Below the pieces are notes generated by a model. The model was not told where the DNA came from. It worked only from the letters and a program-made list of their open reading frames with translations, and made no database searches. 64,000 bases of DNA from Felis catus (lineage: Eukaryota), in NCBI RefSeq assembly GCF_018350175.1, contig NC_058368.1, positions 130,326,001 through 130,390,000 on the forward strand, written 5' to 3'. Below, one piece after another: positions 23,988 to 35,809 of this stretch (positions are counted from its first letter, which is position 1; each line of letters starts with the position of its first letter). Made by a program: the position numbers and the translations under genes.

Positions 23988-24874
23988 TGAAAATGATAAT
24001 TATTATTAATTGTCCAGTAATTTTTAAATAATTGATCATTAACTATTTGTTATCAATGACTGCATAAAGAAGGAGAGTGTCTACTTATGAGTGAGAGGAA
24101 GGCAGTGATATTGGTGAAAAGTGAAAGTCAGAATGGGTGACAGGCAAAGTAAGCAGAAGAAAAGTTGGATTTGAAAGCCAAGTCCCATATTGCTATGTGG
24201 ACACTCTACAACTGCTTATTTTCTTTCCTGGGACTTTAGAGTAATGAGGTAACCATTATTTCTTTACATGTATACAGGAAGCTAAAAAATGGTCTGATGC
24301 AATTTCAACACCATGACAACAAAAAGCTCAGAAACCATAACATGTTAATATAGTTGAAAATTTACCTCATTATTTTTCAGCATGAGAAGGTCACACAAAT
24401 TGATTAAAAACATATATTCAGCAGCGATCATTTAATTGTGGTCTTTTGGGAGAAGGCAATCATGTACTGGCTTCACTCATGTGAATTGGGTAGCTTGAAA
24501 ACTTGATGCACCTGTAATTTTATTAATTATTGATGCAGATCATTGTTAATAATGCATTTCCTGTTGTGTTTACCAAGCCAAAGGGGCTCAGTATAGGCTG
24601 AGATAATGTTACCGCCTAAGACAAAGAAAACTGTAGCTGCTCATTACTGGGTAGTTTGCTAAAAAGGGATCTGGCTACTACAAGTGAATTTACAAAAGTG
24701 TTGTCTCTGTTTTAACACTTAATAATATAATTTGAGGCGAATGAAGTGAACTATTGGGGTGAAAGTCTATAAGGTGAGACCTGGTGCCTTTTCAGACTGG
24801 GTATGCCCCCAGATTTCATGAAGCCCTCTGATGTATACTTTAGAAATAAAACTAAAGGAAACATGTGAGTGTGT

Positions 24875-25590
24875 GGTCCCATGTAAATACTCACCAAATT
24901 AACTTCAGCAGAGAAGAGTTTTAATAATCAGACGGCTAGGATGACCTGTTCTGTGGATATCAGTCAGTTTCTTTTCCTGGCCAGCCCTGTCATTGCCCAA
25001 TAGGCACATGAATAAAGTGGCCATGGTGGCAGATATGGAGGTTATTTATGCATGGGTTCAGTAACATAGCATTCCATTCACCAATGCTGACTTTGCTATG
25101 GTCATCACTGAGTGCCTAGTCTACCAGCAGCAGAGACCAACACTGAGCGTCTTACATGGTACCATTCATTGGAATGATCAGCCAGCTACCTGGTGGCAAG
25201 TATCAGGAAAGGCAGTGCTTTGTTCTTACTGGAATAGACACTTACTCTGCATACAGATTCATAGACAGCATTGCTTCTGTTAAAGGAACTCATCTCAAAT
25301 ATATGAAACAGTGGGGAGACATTCATGGAATTCACTGGTCTTACCATGTTCCCTGCCATTCTAAAGCACCTGGCTTGATAGATTGGTAGAATGCCTTTTT
25401 GAAGGCATTTATACAGCCAGCTAGGTGGCAGTGCCTTGCAGGCATGAGGCAAAGTTTTCCAACAGGCTGAATATATATATGAGTCAGTATACAATACATG
25501 GTTCTTTCCTTCCATTGGTAGGATTAATGGTTCCAGGCATCAAGGGTGGAAATGGGAGTGGCATCACTCACTATTACCTATAGTAACCCA
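24875..25590 (+). pseudogene. pol: ERV-L pol integrase remnant
   Basis: Peptides SHVNTHQ, AHE*SGHGG, ECLVYQQQRPTLS, DQPATWWQV, FVLTGIDTYS and HGIHWSYHVPCHSKAPGLIDW occur across frames, with stops, frameshifts and deletions. Confidence 0.9.
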
Positions 25591-25609
25591 CTAATTAAAG
25601 GTTTTAGTT

Positions 25610-25920
25610 GGCCTAGAGGTTTTAGTTCCAGAGAGAGGAAGGCTTCCACCAGGTGACACAGCAATGATTCTACCGAATTGGAATTTAAGACCTGGCCACT
25701 TTGGATTCCTCATGCCTCTGATTCAATAGGCAAAGAAGAGAGTTATAGTGCTGGCTGGGATGATTGGTTCTGTTTATCAAGGAGAAATCGGACTGCCACT
25801 GTACAAGGGATGTAAGAACAGTTTGTGTGAATTACAAGAGATCCCTTAGGTTATCTCTTAGTATTACCTTGCCCTATGGATAAGGTCAATGGAAAACCAC
25901 GACATCCCAATTCTGGTAAG
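25610..25920 (+). pseudogene. dut: ERV-L dUTPase remnant
   Basis: Reads GLEVLVPERGRLPPGDTAMILPNWNLRPGHFGFLMPLIQ*AKKRVIVLAGMIGSVYQGEIGL, with a degenerate motif III and an in-frame stop. Confidence 0.85.
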
Positions 25921-26474
25921 GACTACTAATGGCCCAAACTCTTCAGGAATGAAGGTGTGAGTCACCCTGCCAGGTAAAAAAAAATCATAACCATTGAGGT
26001 ACTTGCTGAAGGCAAAGGGAATACAGAATGTGTGGGGGAATAAAGTAGTTGTACATATCAGCTACAAGCACATGACCAGTTACAGAAATGAGGACTGTAA
26101 TTGTCATGAGTATTTCCTTATTTTTTATGAATACGTTTGTGTGTATATATACATATATTAAGTAAATGTCTTTGTTTTCTTTCCTCTCTTATTCCCTTAT
26201 CATGTAAGGTAAGATTTATTGACTTGATACCAATATTTAAGCATTGTTGATTCTATATCATAGTATTTAAGTTACAGAAATATCAGTAGAAGAATAAATA
26301 TCACTCAAGAACTGTTCCTCCTCTTCTGCGGAAGGTATTAGTATGTTTGGAGTTATATAATGGGACAGTTGTATTATTGTTAGGTGCAATTATGACCTTG
26401 CTATTGTCTTTGTCTGGAGATTAAGTATGGTTTAAAGAGATGCTTATAGATGCCAGGTTGATAAGGAATAGACT

Positions 26475-27019
26475 TGTGATGGCTAACTCTATGTGTCAAC
26501 TTGATTAGACTAAAGGGATGCTCAGATAGCTGGTAAAACATGATTTATGGATGTGTCTGTGAGGGTGCTCCAGAAGAGATTAGCTTTTGAATCACTGGAC
26601 TGAGTTGAGAAGGTTGCCCTCCCCAGTGTGGGTGGGTATCATCAAAAGCCTGAATAGAATAAAACAGCAGAGTAAGAGTGGGTTCACAATCTCTGCTTGA
26701 TCTGAGACATTCATTTTCTCCCCTTGGACATTGGTACTCTTAGTTATTTGGCTTTTAGACTCAGAACTAGGACTTACACCACCAGCCCTTGGATTCTCAG
26801 ACATTGAGATTCATACTGAATTATACCACCAGCTTTCCTGGTCACCATGTCACAGACAGCAGATAGTGGAACTTCTTGGCCTTTATAAGCCAATTCCTAT
26901 AACAAATCCTGTGTGTGTGTGTGTGTGTGTGTGTAATGTGTGTGTGTGTAATGTGTGTGTGTGTTATGTGTGTGTGTGTAATATATTGGTTCTGTTTCTC
27001 TGGAGAACTGTGACTAATA

Positions 27020-27021
<2 letters not shown>
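26475..27021 (+). mobile_element. MLT2 LTR (3' LTR of the ERV-L)
   Basis: tgtgatggctaactctatgtgtcaacttga...ggttctgtttctctggagaac...gactaataca with TG...CA termini and an internal (TG)n. Confidence 0.93.

Positions 27022-27053
<32 letters not shown>
27022..27053. repeat. (GT)n microsatellite abutting the LTR end
   Basis: Seen directly. Confidence 0.95.
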
Positions 27054-27056
<3 letters not shown>

Positions 27057-27329
27057 GACTCAATACCTGACATAAGAAAAACTCCACTGAACAGTATAGA
27101 AACAAAATGTAAATAAAGAATAAAATAGTAATCCTAGGGAATAAATAAAAACATATTATCCAGGCCAGGATGTATATTTGAAAGGGTAATAAACGGTCAC
27201 TTGAATCAAAAGAAACTGAAAATAACCTCAAAATTGAAAATGTGGAAAAAAAGTCTTCTTTCTTCATTCATGCTGTACTGTTCCCCAGTGGTTTCATTCA
27301 CTTCCAGCATTTTGGCCCAGATGTCAGTG

Positions 27330-27700
27330 TATATATTGACTAGAGGAGAAATTTTAGCAAAAGTTTACCAGATAACATTTTCTCAATGACTCGTTCACCT
27401 GAACTCCATACATTCAGCTGCCTCTACACACTCCCTTTGGGAACTCTAGCCCTTCAGACTCAGCACACCCCAAAAGGGCCCACTCACTACCCTCCGAAAC
27501 CTGTTCCTCACTCCTGTCACTATCCAGCCAATCTCCCACAATAAGCCCCAGAATCATCCTCTTTCCCTCCTTTTCACTGACTCCTCTTATATGGTTGTTC
27601 ATGGATTCCTGTTGCTTCTCCTTGAGAACTGTGTTTTGAATGCAAGGCTCTCTCTTCTCTACTGCCCTTCGTACTGCCTCCGTTCAGATGCTCATCAGAA
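27330..27700 (+). mobile_element. L2 fossil
   Basis: ttcagctgcctctacac...cttcagactcagcac...aaacctgttcctc...cactatccagcca is L2-like. Confidence 0.55.
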
Positions 27701-28011
27701 AATCTGCCACCTCCAGTCTCCGAATTTCTCTTTGTCTTCCTTTGTGCTTCCAGAGGAGTCCTCCCCTCTGCAGGCTTCAGGTGATGCTCCAGCTCCTCAC
27801 AACGCCATACAAGGCCCCTCACAGCCAGGCTCCAACATTCCCTGTTTGCGACAACCACTCAGTCTTCTTAAAGCTCAGCTACTTGGAACTCACTTATTTC
27901 CCCATCCAGCTGGCTCCTCTGTGCTTCCACTTATTAGTACATGCAGCTGGCTCTGACTTGAATTCCTCTATTCCTCCTCCTCCATCCTGGTCTCAGCTGC
28001 CTCTGAAAGGG

Positions 28012-28212
28012 TGACAGTGTTGGGTATTAGGTAGGACTGTGGGTTGAGACAGTCTGTGTTGGTATCGTCCATCAACTTGAGATGCAGTCTTGGGCAAGTC
28101 ACTTAACTTTTCTTGTTTTGTTTCCATGTCCATAAAATAGGTTACTGAATAATGATTGTTATGAGAGTTATGTGATAAAATATATGTAAAACTCCTCACA
28201 TGCTACACAGTG
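28012..28212 (+). mobile_element. MIR fossil
   Basis: tcttgggcaagtcacttaac...gtttccatgtccataaaatagg...ttgttatgag...atgtaaaa. Confidence 0.8.
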
Positions 28213-28774
28213 CCCTCCACAAGCCGGCCTCCATATCCCTTCTTAACACACAGTCAGGACACTATAAAAGTTAGCTACTCTGACCAAAATTTCTTAAAGC
28301 AAAATCAACTCCCTCTATCACTGAGGTCTCTAATGATGAGGGTCTGGAGTCTAGAAAATTTGCTTACTTAGAAGGATGAGTGATGTTGTACACTTCTTGA
28401 AAACTATTAGGGAAGCCTTCATAGTTAAGACAAGAAAAATCATTTCTTTTTCTCTTAATTGTCCTGGCAGTGGTGATACAAAATAACTAGTTTCCTGAGC
28501 AAGCCTGATGCACCTAAAATGCAAAATTATATTTTTGTTTCCTCTGGACTTCAAACTTTCTCAGCCATGGGAAAAAAGCCATTAAGTCCTATGGATGTGA
28601 TGTTCACACTTGATTAATAGACATTCTTTCCACTGCCTAAGCCACAAACTGAGTCTAAATTCAGTGGAATTTCAAGTTTAACACACAATTAAAACTCTAA
28701 ACTTGAGTTAGGGTTGTATCTTTTTCTTTTTCCAATTCTGCCCACTTTAGGCTGGAAGTCTACAGTGGGAAAGT

Positions 28775-29090
28775 GGGTGTGGTGCTGAACAATGATGAAC
28801 AAAATACAGCCCTACTTGTCAAGGAGCTCACCAGCTTTTAGAAGGATAGACGAGTGGTAGATTGGACTGCAGTGTGTTATATGCTGTGATAAAGGTATGC
28901 TTTAGGGACATATCGAAGGAGAGGAAGGGTGCTGAAATCGATCTGTGAAAAGGGGAAGGCTTTCTGTAAGAGATGAAATATGACCAAAGTTGAGTCTTGG
29001 AGGACTGGTAGGACAGCTCCTGATGGAGGAACCAGTCTGTGCAAGGCAGGGGAGGGATCATGAACCCAAGTATCACTTGTCAAAGGGATC
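28775..29090 (-). mobile_element. L2 fossil
   Basis: ggtgctgaac...cctacttgtcaaggagctcac...ggggaaggctttct...agttgagtcttggagga...gtgcaagg. Confidence 0.6.
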
Positions 29091-29204
29091 AGATTTGCTG
29101 TCCATCCCAAGGGAGTCGCTTTGGCCAGTTGTGCTAGTAAACATATATGTCCACATAATGTAGGAATGGGATATGTAATCAAATGTGAATTTGATTAAAT
29201 ATAG

Positions 29205-29648
29205 ACAAGATGGTGGTTAATATTTTGGGTTCTGTCATTTACAAGTTGCATGAACTTTGGCAAGTTTCTGAACCTCTTTGAGCCTGAATTTATTAATCTA
29301 AGATGGGGAAATTATTGCTCACTTCAAAGAGTGTAATTTTAGGTGTGCATGGATGGCTCAGTGGGTTAAGTGTCTGACCCTTGATTTCACTTCAGGTCTT
29401 GATCTCACATTTCCTGAGATAGAGTCCTTCGTTGGGCTCTGGGCTGACAGCACAGAACCTGTTTGGGATTGTCTCTCTTCCTCTATCTCTCTGCCCTTCC
29501 CCCTGCTCACGGGTGTGTGCGCTCTCTCTCTCTCTGAAAATAAATAAGCATTTAAAAACAAATAGTATAAATTTATATGATAAAATACATATGTAAAGTC
29601 CTTTGTACTTAGCCTGACCCTTAGTTTGGGCTTAATAATTATTAGTTC
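29205..29648 (+). mobile_element. MIR split by a SINEC
   Basis: tttggcaagtttctgaacctctttgagcctga...aagatgggga [SINE] tgataaaatacatatgtaaagt. Confidence 0.75.
29341..29558 (+). mobile_element. SINEC (older type) nested in MIR
   Basis: Degenerate TSD aaagagtgtaatttt / aaatagtataaattt. Confidence 0.93.
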
Positions 29649-29827
29649 ATTAACTGAAACTATCCCACTCACTGCTTTTATTTTATATGGAGGGTGAATT
29701 GGAGGAGCAAAGCTATAAGGCAGAATCAGGAAAATCGTTTTTAGGTATGAGACAGCAAGGGCCTGAATTAGCATGTGGGTGGTGGAAATGGGAGGAAAAC
29801 CCACATAAAGGTGGAAAATAGTGTTTT

Positions 29828-30136
29828 AGAAGAGTCCACAAAAAACAACATACAATTTCATTCATATGTGGAATTTAAGAAACAAAACAAATGAGCAAAG
29901 GGAGAGAAAGAGAGAAAGCAAGAAACAGTCTTAACTATAGAGGAAAAGTGATGGTCACCAGAGGGGAGGTGGGGGGATGAGTTAAATAGGTGATGGGGGT
30001 TAAGGAGGGCACTAGTCATGATGAGCACGGGGTGATGTATGGAACTACTGAGTCACTACATTGTACACCTGAAACTAATATCACACTATATGTTGAGTAG
30101 CTGGAATTTATATAAAACCTAAAAAAATAAAAATAA
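29828..30136 (+). mobile_element. Carnivore L1 3' end
   Basis: atttcattcatatgtggaatttaagaaacaaaacaaatgagcaaaggg...gatgagcacggggtgatgtatgga...tgtacacctgaaactaatat followed by an A tail. Confidence 0.9.
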
Positions 30137-30255
30137 AGGTAAGAGAAACAGACTAGCTATGTCTGCTGTCATATTAATTTTCAGTTACATTTTGCCCACT
30201 CACTGATTGTGTTTGGGCTGGCTGCTGGGTACATGATCATTTTCATAGCATTTTA

Positions 30256-30482
30256 TTTTAAAAAAAAAATTTTTTTTTCCAACGTTTGTTTATTTTTGGG
30301 ACAGAGAGAGACAGAGCGTGAACGGGGGAGGGGCAGAGAGAGAGGGAGACACAGCATCGGAAACAGGCTCCAGGCTCTGAGCCATCAGCCCAGAGCCTGA
30401 TGCGGGGCTCGAACTCCCCGACCGCGAGATTGTGACCTGGCTGAAGACGGACGCTTAACCGACTGCGCCACCCAGGCACCCC
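30256..30482 (-). mobile_element. Young felid-type SINEC
   Basis: Same diagnostic variants as the copy at 4582; perfect 15-bp TSD tttcatagcatttta at 30241-30255 and 30485-30499. Confidence 0.97.
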
Positions 30483-32253
30483 GATTTCATAGCATTTTAA
30501 ATGCAGCCTTGTACACAGTTTGGGATCTTTAAATAGAAGTTGTTTCTATCAAAAAAAAATTTTTTTTCCACATCAAAATAGCTGTTACCTGGGATATTGT
30601 AACCTAGAGTCATCATTGCTTTGTTAGTTGAACCAATAATTCTTAGGGTGAGGTTACCTCACATGAAGAGGTGGTATGTGATCCTTAATTGCTTTTGATT
30701 TCTAACACAGATTGTTTTGCTTTAAGTGGAAAATGTCCATTTATTTGAAGTGCTCTGTCTAGAAAGGTAGGGGCTCTGAATTCATTCCAAACAGAGAAGA
30801 ATCATCAGATGAAATGTAGGGGGAATGGCGTGAGAGGAATGAGAAAACCTCAGGTTGTTTCTGACTCTGTCAGTGACTAGCTGGGTAACTGGGAAGTAGC
30901 TTTGTTTCTCTGATAAATAAACATGGGCCACAGTCTGGCGAAGTAATTGCTAATGTATTTTCTTTCCCCCCACCTCTTATCCCTTTGTGTACCCCACTGA
31001 CTTTTACCTGTTGAACTCACCTGTTGCAGAAGTTTAAGTGGATATAAGAGGATTTTTTAAGTGTGAGAGGGTTTTGCTACTATGAGCATGTGGATATGAT
31101 TGTATTATTGGTTCTTTCTTCTTGTGACTTGTTAATGTAAAAACAGAATTTCTATTAGTGACTTTGATCTAGGAAATCTTAGGGAACAGTCTTTCACATA
31201 GATTATATCACTTTAAAAATCATGAATATTTACTAGTATTGTTTATATTTACTGACGCTGTCAGGGGTTTTGATGACAGAGGAGCTTGAAGTAGGACAAT
31301 GTTTTGGGATAATTATTTTGTGTGTTACTTGCTGCTGGGTTTGTTCAGGAAATAGTGTCATTTTTGGTACACAGTAGAGAGTCAGTAACTGGTGTGAACT
31401 GAATGTGAAAATAAGGAAGTGTTTGTTTCCTAGTTGATTGCTTTAGTACCTATTTAATTTCTTCATACCAAAGTAAGTGAACATGTAGTATGCAGATGGA
31501 AATTTAATATCTTGTCTGTGCAGTAAAAACTGAAGTATTTTATAAAACATGCTATATAAAATCATACCAAAAATGATTTCACTGACTGTCAAGAAATACT
31601 GTCCTGTTGTAAGATTTAGTACATAAGAGCTGTCCCAACCCAAATATATGCTTTCAACATGCATTTTCATGATATGAGCTTAAAAAACAAAGAAGAGGAA
31701 AGCTTTTTTTAGCTAACAGTAGTGACTGAGAAATTTTTGGCATTTTAAACAATCTTGAATGCACCACTCATTAATAATTCCTCTTTGTTTACTCTCACCA
31801 AATACCATAGGAGGTTGGGACATGATGCTGAGTTAATTATGGGTGCAGGACTTTGCCAAATGACATTGAGTTGAAGACGGGTTGACATTTTCAGTAATGT
31901 TATAGGTCAGAAAGGTAAGCTAATTTGGGCTCATGTAAATCTGCAAAGGAGCTTTATGTTTTCCCAGTAGAAGGAGAATAAACCCAATCCCTAGAGTCAC
32001 ATGGCAACATTGCATTGGAAGGGGCCAAAAGGCCATCTGACTTAAGCTGAGGCTCCTCTGGTTAGATTAGTTGGATCTAGAACTCCACAGCGTGCTTGAC
32101 CTGGAGGGTCTAGGCTAGTTATAAAAAAGGGGGTCCAACTGAAGTGTTTTGAACCTATCAGTCCCAGAGTGCCAGATGAATCTGCTCAGTGATCAGCTTC
32201 CTGTCCTTAAGATGCACGTTGCATATACTCACCTGTGTACCTGTGCCCAAGTG

Positions 32254-32254
<1 letters not shown>

Positions 32255-32287
<33 letters not shown>
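32255..32287. repeat. (AC)n microsatellite
   Basis: Seen directly. Confidence 0.95.
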
Positions 32288-32288
<1 letters not shown>

Positions 32289-32409
32289 GTGTGTAAAGAA
32301 AGGGCTTAAGAATAAGAAAGCCTGTGTTTTTGTCTCTTTTCTATTACCTAATAGCTCTGTGCACTAGGGTAAAAGCACATCAGCTGCTGAATTCCACTGC
32401 CTGTTGCCT

Positions 32410-32685
32410 TTTGGATGCCCTTCCCTTCCCTTTTCTAACCCCTTTCTGTTGCAGGTGGCTGTATTCTATGACTATATCAGAAGCTTCCTAGCTTTCTGGT
32501 TTCCTGTTGGGTTTGGTAAATGCTTATCCCCAGAGAAGGCCTGGAGTCAGGGTGAGCTTGGATCTCTTTCTGTGAGATCACTTTGGGCTTTCTCCTCCAA
32601 CTGAAGGTCATAACTACTGTCAAGTAGAGCATCCCTACATGATTCTTTCTGCTGTTTCCCTTGCCTTGACTCCCATAGGTCCTCC
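32410..32685. mobile_element. LTR33-like ERVL LTR fragment
   Basis: ctatgactatatcagaagcttcc...tctggtttcctgttgggtttgg...ctccaactgaaggtca resembles recalled LTR33. Confidence 0.5.
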
Positions 32686-32689
32686 CCAG

Positions 32690-32802
32690 TTTTTAAAATT
32701 TGAGGTATAATTGACATACAGTGTTAAATGAGCTTCAGATGTATAGTGAAATGATTCAACCATTCTTTAAATTTTCAGTGTTCATCAGGATAAGTGTACT
32801 CT
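32690..32802 (-). mobile_element. Carnivore L1 3' end fragment
   Basis: ttgaggtataattgacataca...tgattcaac...cagtgttcatcaggataagtgtactctt. Confidence 0.8.
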
Positions 32803-32806
32803 TTTT

Positions 32807-33015
32807 AAAAAATTTTTTTAGTGTTCATTTTTGAGAGAAAGACAGAGTGTGAGCATGGGAGGTATAGAGAGAGAGGGAGACACAGAAGTCAAAGCAGGCT
32901 TCAGGCTCTGAAGTGTCAGCACAGAGCCCAATGCGGGGCTAGAATTCGTGAACCATGAGATCATGACCTGAGCCCAAGCTGGACATTTAACTGACTGAGC
33001 CATCCAGGTGTCCCA
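32807..33015 (-). mobile_element. SINEC inserted at the tail of the adjacent SINE
   Basis: TSD tgtactcttttt at 32795-32806 and 33016-33027. Confidence 0.95.
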
Positions 33016-33027
33016 TGTACTCTTTTT

Positions 33028-33240
33028 GTTTAATGTTTATTTATTTATGTTGAGAGAGAGAGAGCATGAGCAGAGGAGAGACAGAGAGAGAGAGAGAGAG
33101 AGAGACAGAATCTAAAGCAAGCTCCAGGTTCTGAGTTGTCAGCATAGAGCTTGATGTGCGGCTCAAACTGTGAGCCATGAGATCAGGACCTGAGCCATAA
33201 CCAAGAGTCACATGATCAACCAACTGAGCCACCCAGGCAC
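33028..33240 (-). mobile_element. SINEC
   Basis: Second tandem copy with an expanded (GA)n tract. Confidence 0.94.
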
Positions 33241-33282
33241 TTGTTAAATTCCCTTTTCAGAGGTGCTGGAAAACTTTAAAAT

Positions 33283-33599
33283 TTTTCCTCTGCTTCTTTC
33301 CTCTCTCCCTCCCTCCCTCCCTCCCTCCCTCCCTCCCTCCCTCTGCTTCTTTCCTTCCTTCCTCTGCTTGCTTCCTTCCTTCCTTCCTTCCTTCCTTCCT
33401 TCCTTCCTTCCTTCCCTCCCCCCTTCCTTCCTTCCTTCCCTCCCCCCTTCCTTTCTTCCCCTCCTCCCCCTCCTCCTCCTCCTTCCTCCTCGTCATCTCC
33501 TCCTCCTCCTCCTCCTCCTCCTCTTTCTTCTTCTTCTTCTTCTTCTTCGTCGTCGTCTTCTTCTTCTTCTTCTTCTTCTTCTTCTTCTTCTTCTTCTTC
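33283..33599. repeat. Compound polypyrimidine repeat (CCCT)n-(CCTT)n-(CCT)n-(CTT)n with a (CGT)3 interruption
   Basis: Seen directly. Confidence 0.97.
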
Positions 33600-33684
33600 A
33601 TTTGGGTCTCTCATTGAATGAGATGAAACATTCTTTCTCTTCTCTAGAGCCTGCTACATGTTTTGGTTCACAAACCTGAAAATG

Positions 33685-33795
33685 TGTTATAAATGCAGGA
33701 TCTCAGCTTCTTCCCCTGACCTGTAGAATCAGAATTCATACATTAACAAGATTCCTGGGTGAGTTACATACTCTTTAGAATTTCAGAAGCCATTA
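33685..33795. mobile_element. MER5-family fragment
   Basis: aaatgcagga...gaatcagaat...ttaacaagattcctgggtga. Confidence 0.6.
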
Positions 33796-35809
33796 TATAA
33801 CATTCCAATATTGTAATTCAGGGGTGTAGCGAAGCAGATCATGGTCTAACAGAGGACATGAAGATAACTTCCCTTAGATACTGCTCCAGTTAAGATATGT
33901 TTTGGGTGCAAACAAATCTGCAGTGAAAACAGTGTCGAAGAAGAGAAAACATAGATGGCTATTCTCCACCTGTCTTGGCCACAGAGTGTGACAATTCAGG
34001 CCTGTACTGTGTAAGAAAAGCTTCACAGGCTGGTGACACAGTTTGATGGTGCTGGTTAAGGGCACTGACTATGTTGGTTCTAGTTACTTTATCTTTCTAC
34101 AGGTGAGCCAAGTTCTGAGACATAAGAGAGTGAATAGAAATAATAAAAGCAATCCCACTGTAACTGGCTTGTTGAAAGTTTATGAAACAAACATGCAGGA
34201 GTGTTATTTCTTTTTAACCCATGCCTTTAATGTCATTTTGCTGAGTCTGATTTTCCTAGATTTTATTGCCATCTCGGTCAGATCTCTTTCAAATAAATAA
34301 CTGCTATTGAGTCCCGTTCAATATAAAACTTTAATCACACCTACTCTCTTCTCCTAGGTCAGGATTTATCAGTGGCTCAGGGTCAATCATTGGCCTAAGG
34401 GGGCATGCAGTTGGGGGAGGAACACTGGGTATTAAATTGCACTTCACATCCTTCTTCTTCCTCTGGCGTGTTGGGCTAGGGAGGAGGGAGATGGGAAGAG
34501 AAGGGGAAGATAGAAGCGGATGTTTGGACCCATGTATAAACGCCTTAGGTGGCCCCGTGGGAGGAAGTCCTCATTCATAGTTACTCTCACAGGTGATCTG
34601 TCTCTGGCTTAAAGTCTTCCTATCTTCCTATGGTCTTTTGAATTATCTCTGTGAGTGGTAGAAAGTGGAGGGAAATGACTCTAAAACCCTGGACTATTGG
34701 AAGAAAAATGGAAAGACATTTTTAGGAAGATGTGGAGAAGAAATATATTTCTTTGCATGTAAATGTCTCTTTTCTCAAATAATGTCAGGCCTCTGACCTT
34801 TCTTCTCTTATTCAGCACAAGTAAGGACATTGTAATGTAGCTGTTCACAATCCCAGGAAAGTCAAATACATTTCAGCTATAGTTTTGACAAGGATGGCCA
34901 GTTTTCTGCATGTTTTATTATCCATGGAAACTTCCTTTTCCCCAAATAAAATTTGCAATCAAATCAGTAGAAGTTGCCTAGAGGTCTCCAGGTCTCTGAT
35001 GCTGGGTAATTGTTAAGTGAAGTCTGTCTTTTTAAGATGGGATGCAGGGACGCTGCATGTGTGGTGTCAGGTGAAGAAGGCCAGGGTCATCTCCATGGGG
35101 AGCTGCCCTTCCCCTGCTGTCCCCCTTCTTCAGAATTAGAGTAGGTCTAACGAATAAAAGAGCCATAGATTCCTCTTGGGTATACTGTACTCTCATTGCA
35201 AAATATGCTTCAGGATTAGTCCATTTTCCTGAGTTCAGAAATTAAAAGTAGTACATTTTTAATAATTTGCAATGGTGATTGTGAACACAGGTCAATCTTC
35301 ATATCATCATTTTGATTTGTGTCCTATCTTCATTTTTACAATCATCATATGCTTAGGATAAGCTGATGATCATTATATTCACCAGAACCCAAGAGGCCAC
35401 TCTCCACAAGCAAAGCATTTGTAATGGGAAAATGGGCCATACTTGCCATGGGGCTGCTCTTGGCAGAGAGGATCATGTATCAGGAAGATGGAGAGATGGC
35501 AGAAGCCAGTGTGCACTCTCCAGTGCTGTCCTGAAGTCTTCAGTGAAATTCCTCAATTCCCAAGATACTGACTGTGATTGGATTCCCTGAGAGTACTGGA
35601 GAAAGGACAGAAAATTCTCTGTCATTGACAGGGTGCCTAAATGAGATGACTTACATGGATGTTGGAGTACTTACAGAGAGCTTTGAGGAGGAAGTATGGG
35701 AATTTGGAAAAAGCTCATGAGTTGCAAATGGGTTTCCAAACAGAGTCAAGATTTCTGGGGGCAAAGGAGTTTGGTGGAAATGTGAGTTCTCCTTATTAGA
35801 AACCGTTAC

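Larger units (their letters stand above)
24870..26474 (+). mobile_element. ERV-L internal 3' portion (RNase H end, integrase, dUTPase, 3' non-coding region, PPT-like tract)
   Basis: Recognisable ERV-L peptides (see next two features) with no env; abuts an MLT2 LTR. Confidence 0.92.

Noticed and set aside
27574..28014. Overlapping 94-124 aa ORFs
   Set aside because: They lie partly in decayed L2 or pyrimidine-rich DNA and show no recognisable domain.
33257..33679. Long low-complexity ORFs (poly-K/E/G/L)
   Set aside because: They are translations of the compound microsatellite, which lacks stop codons in most frames.
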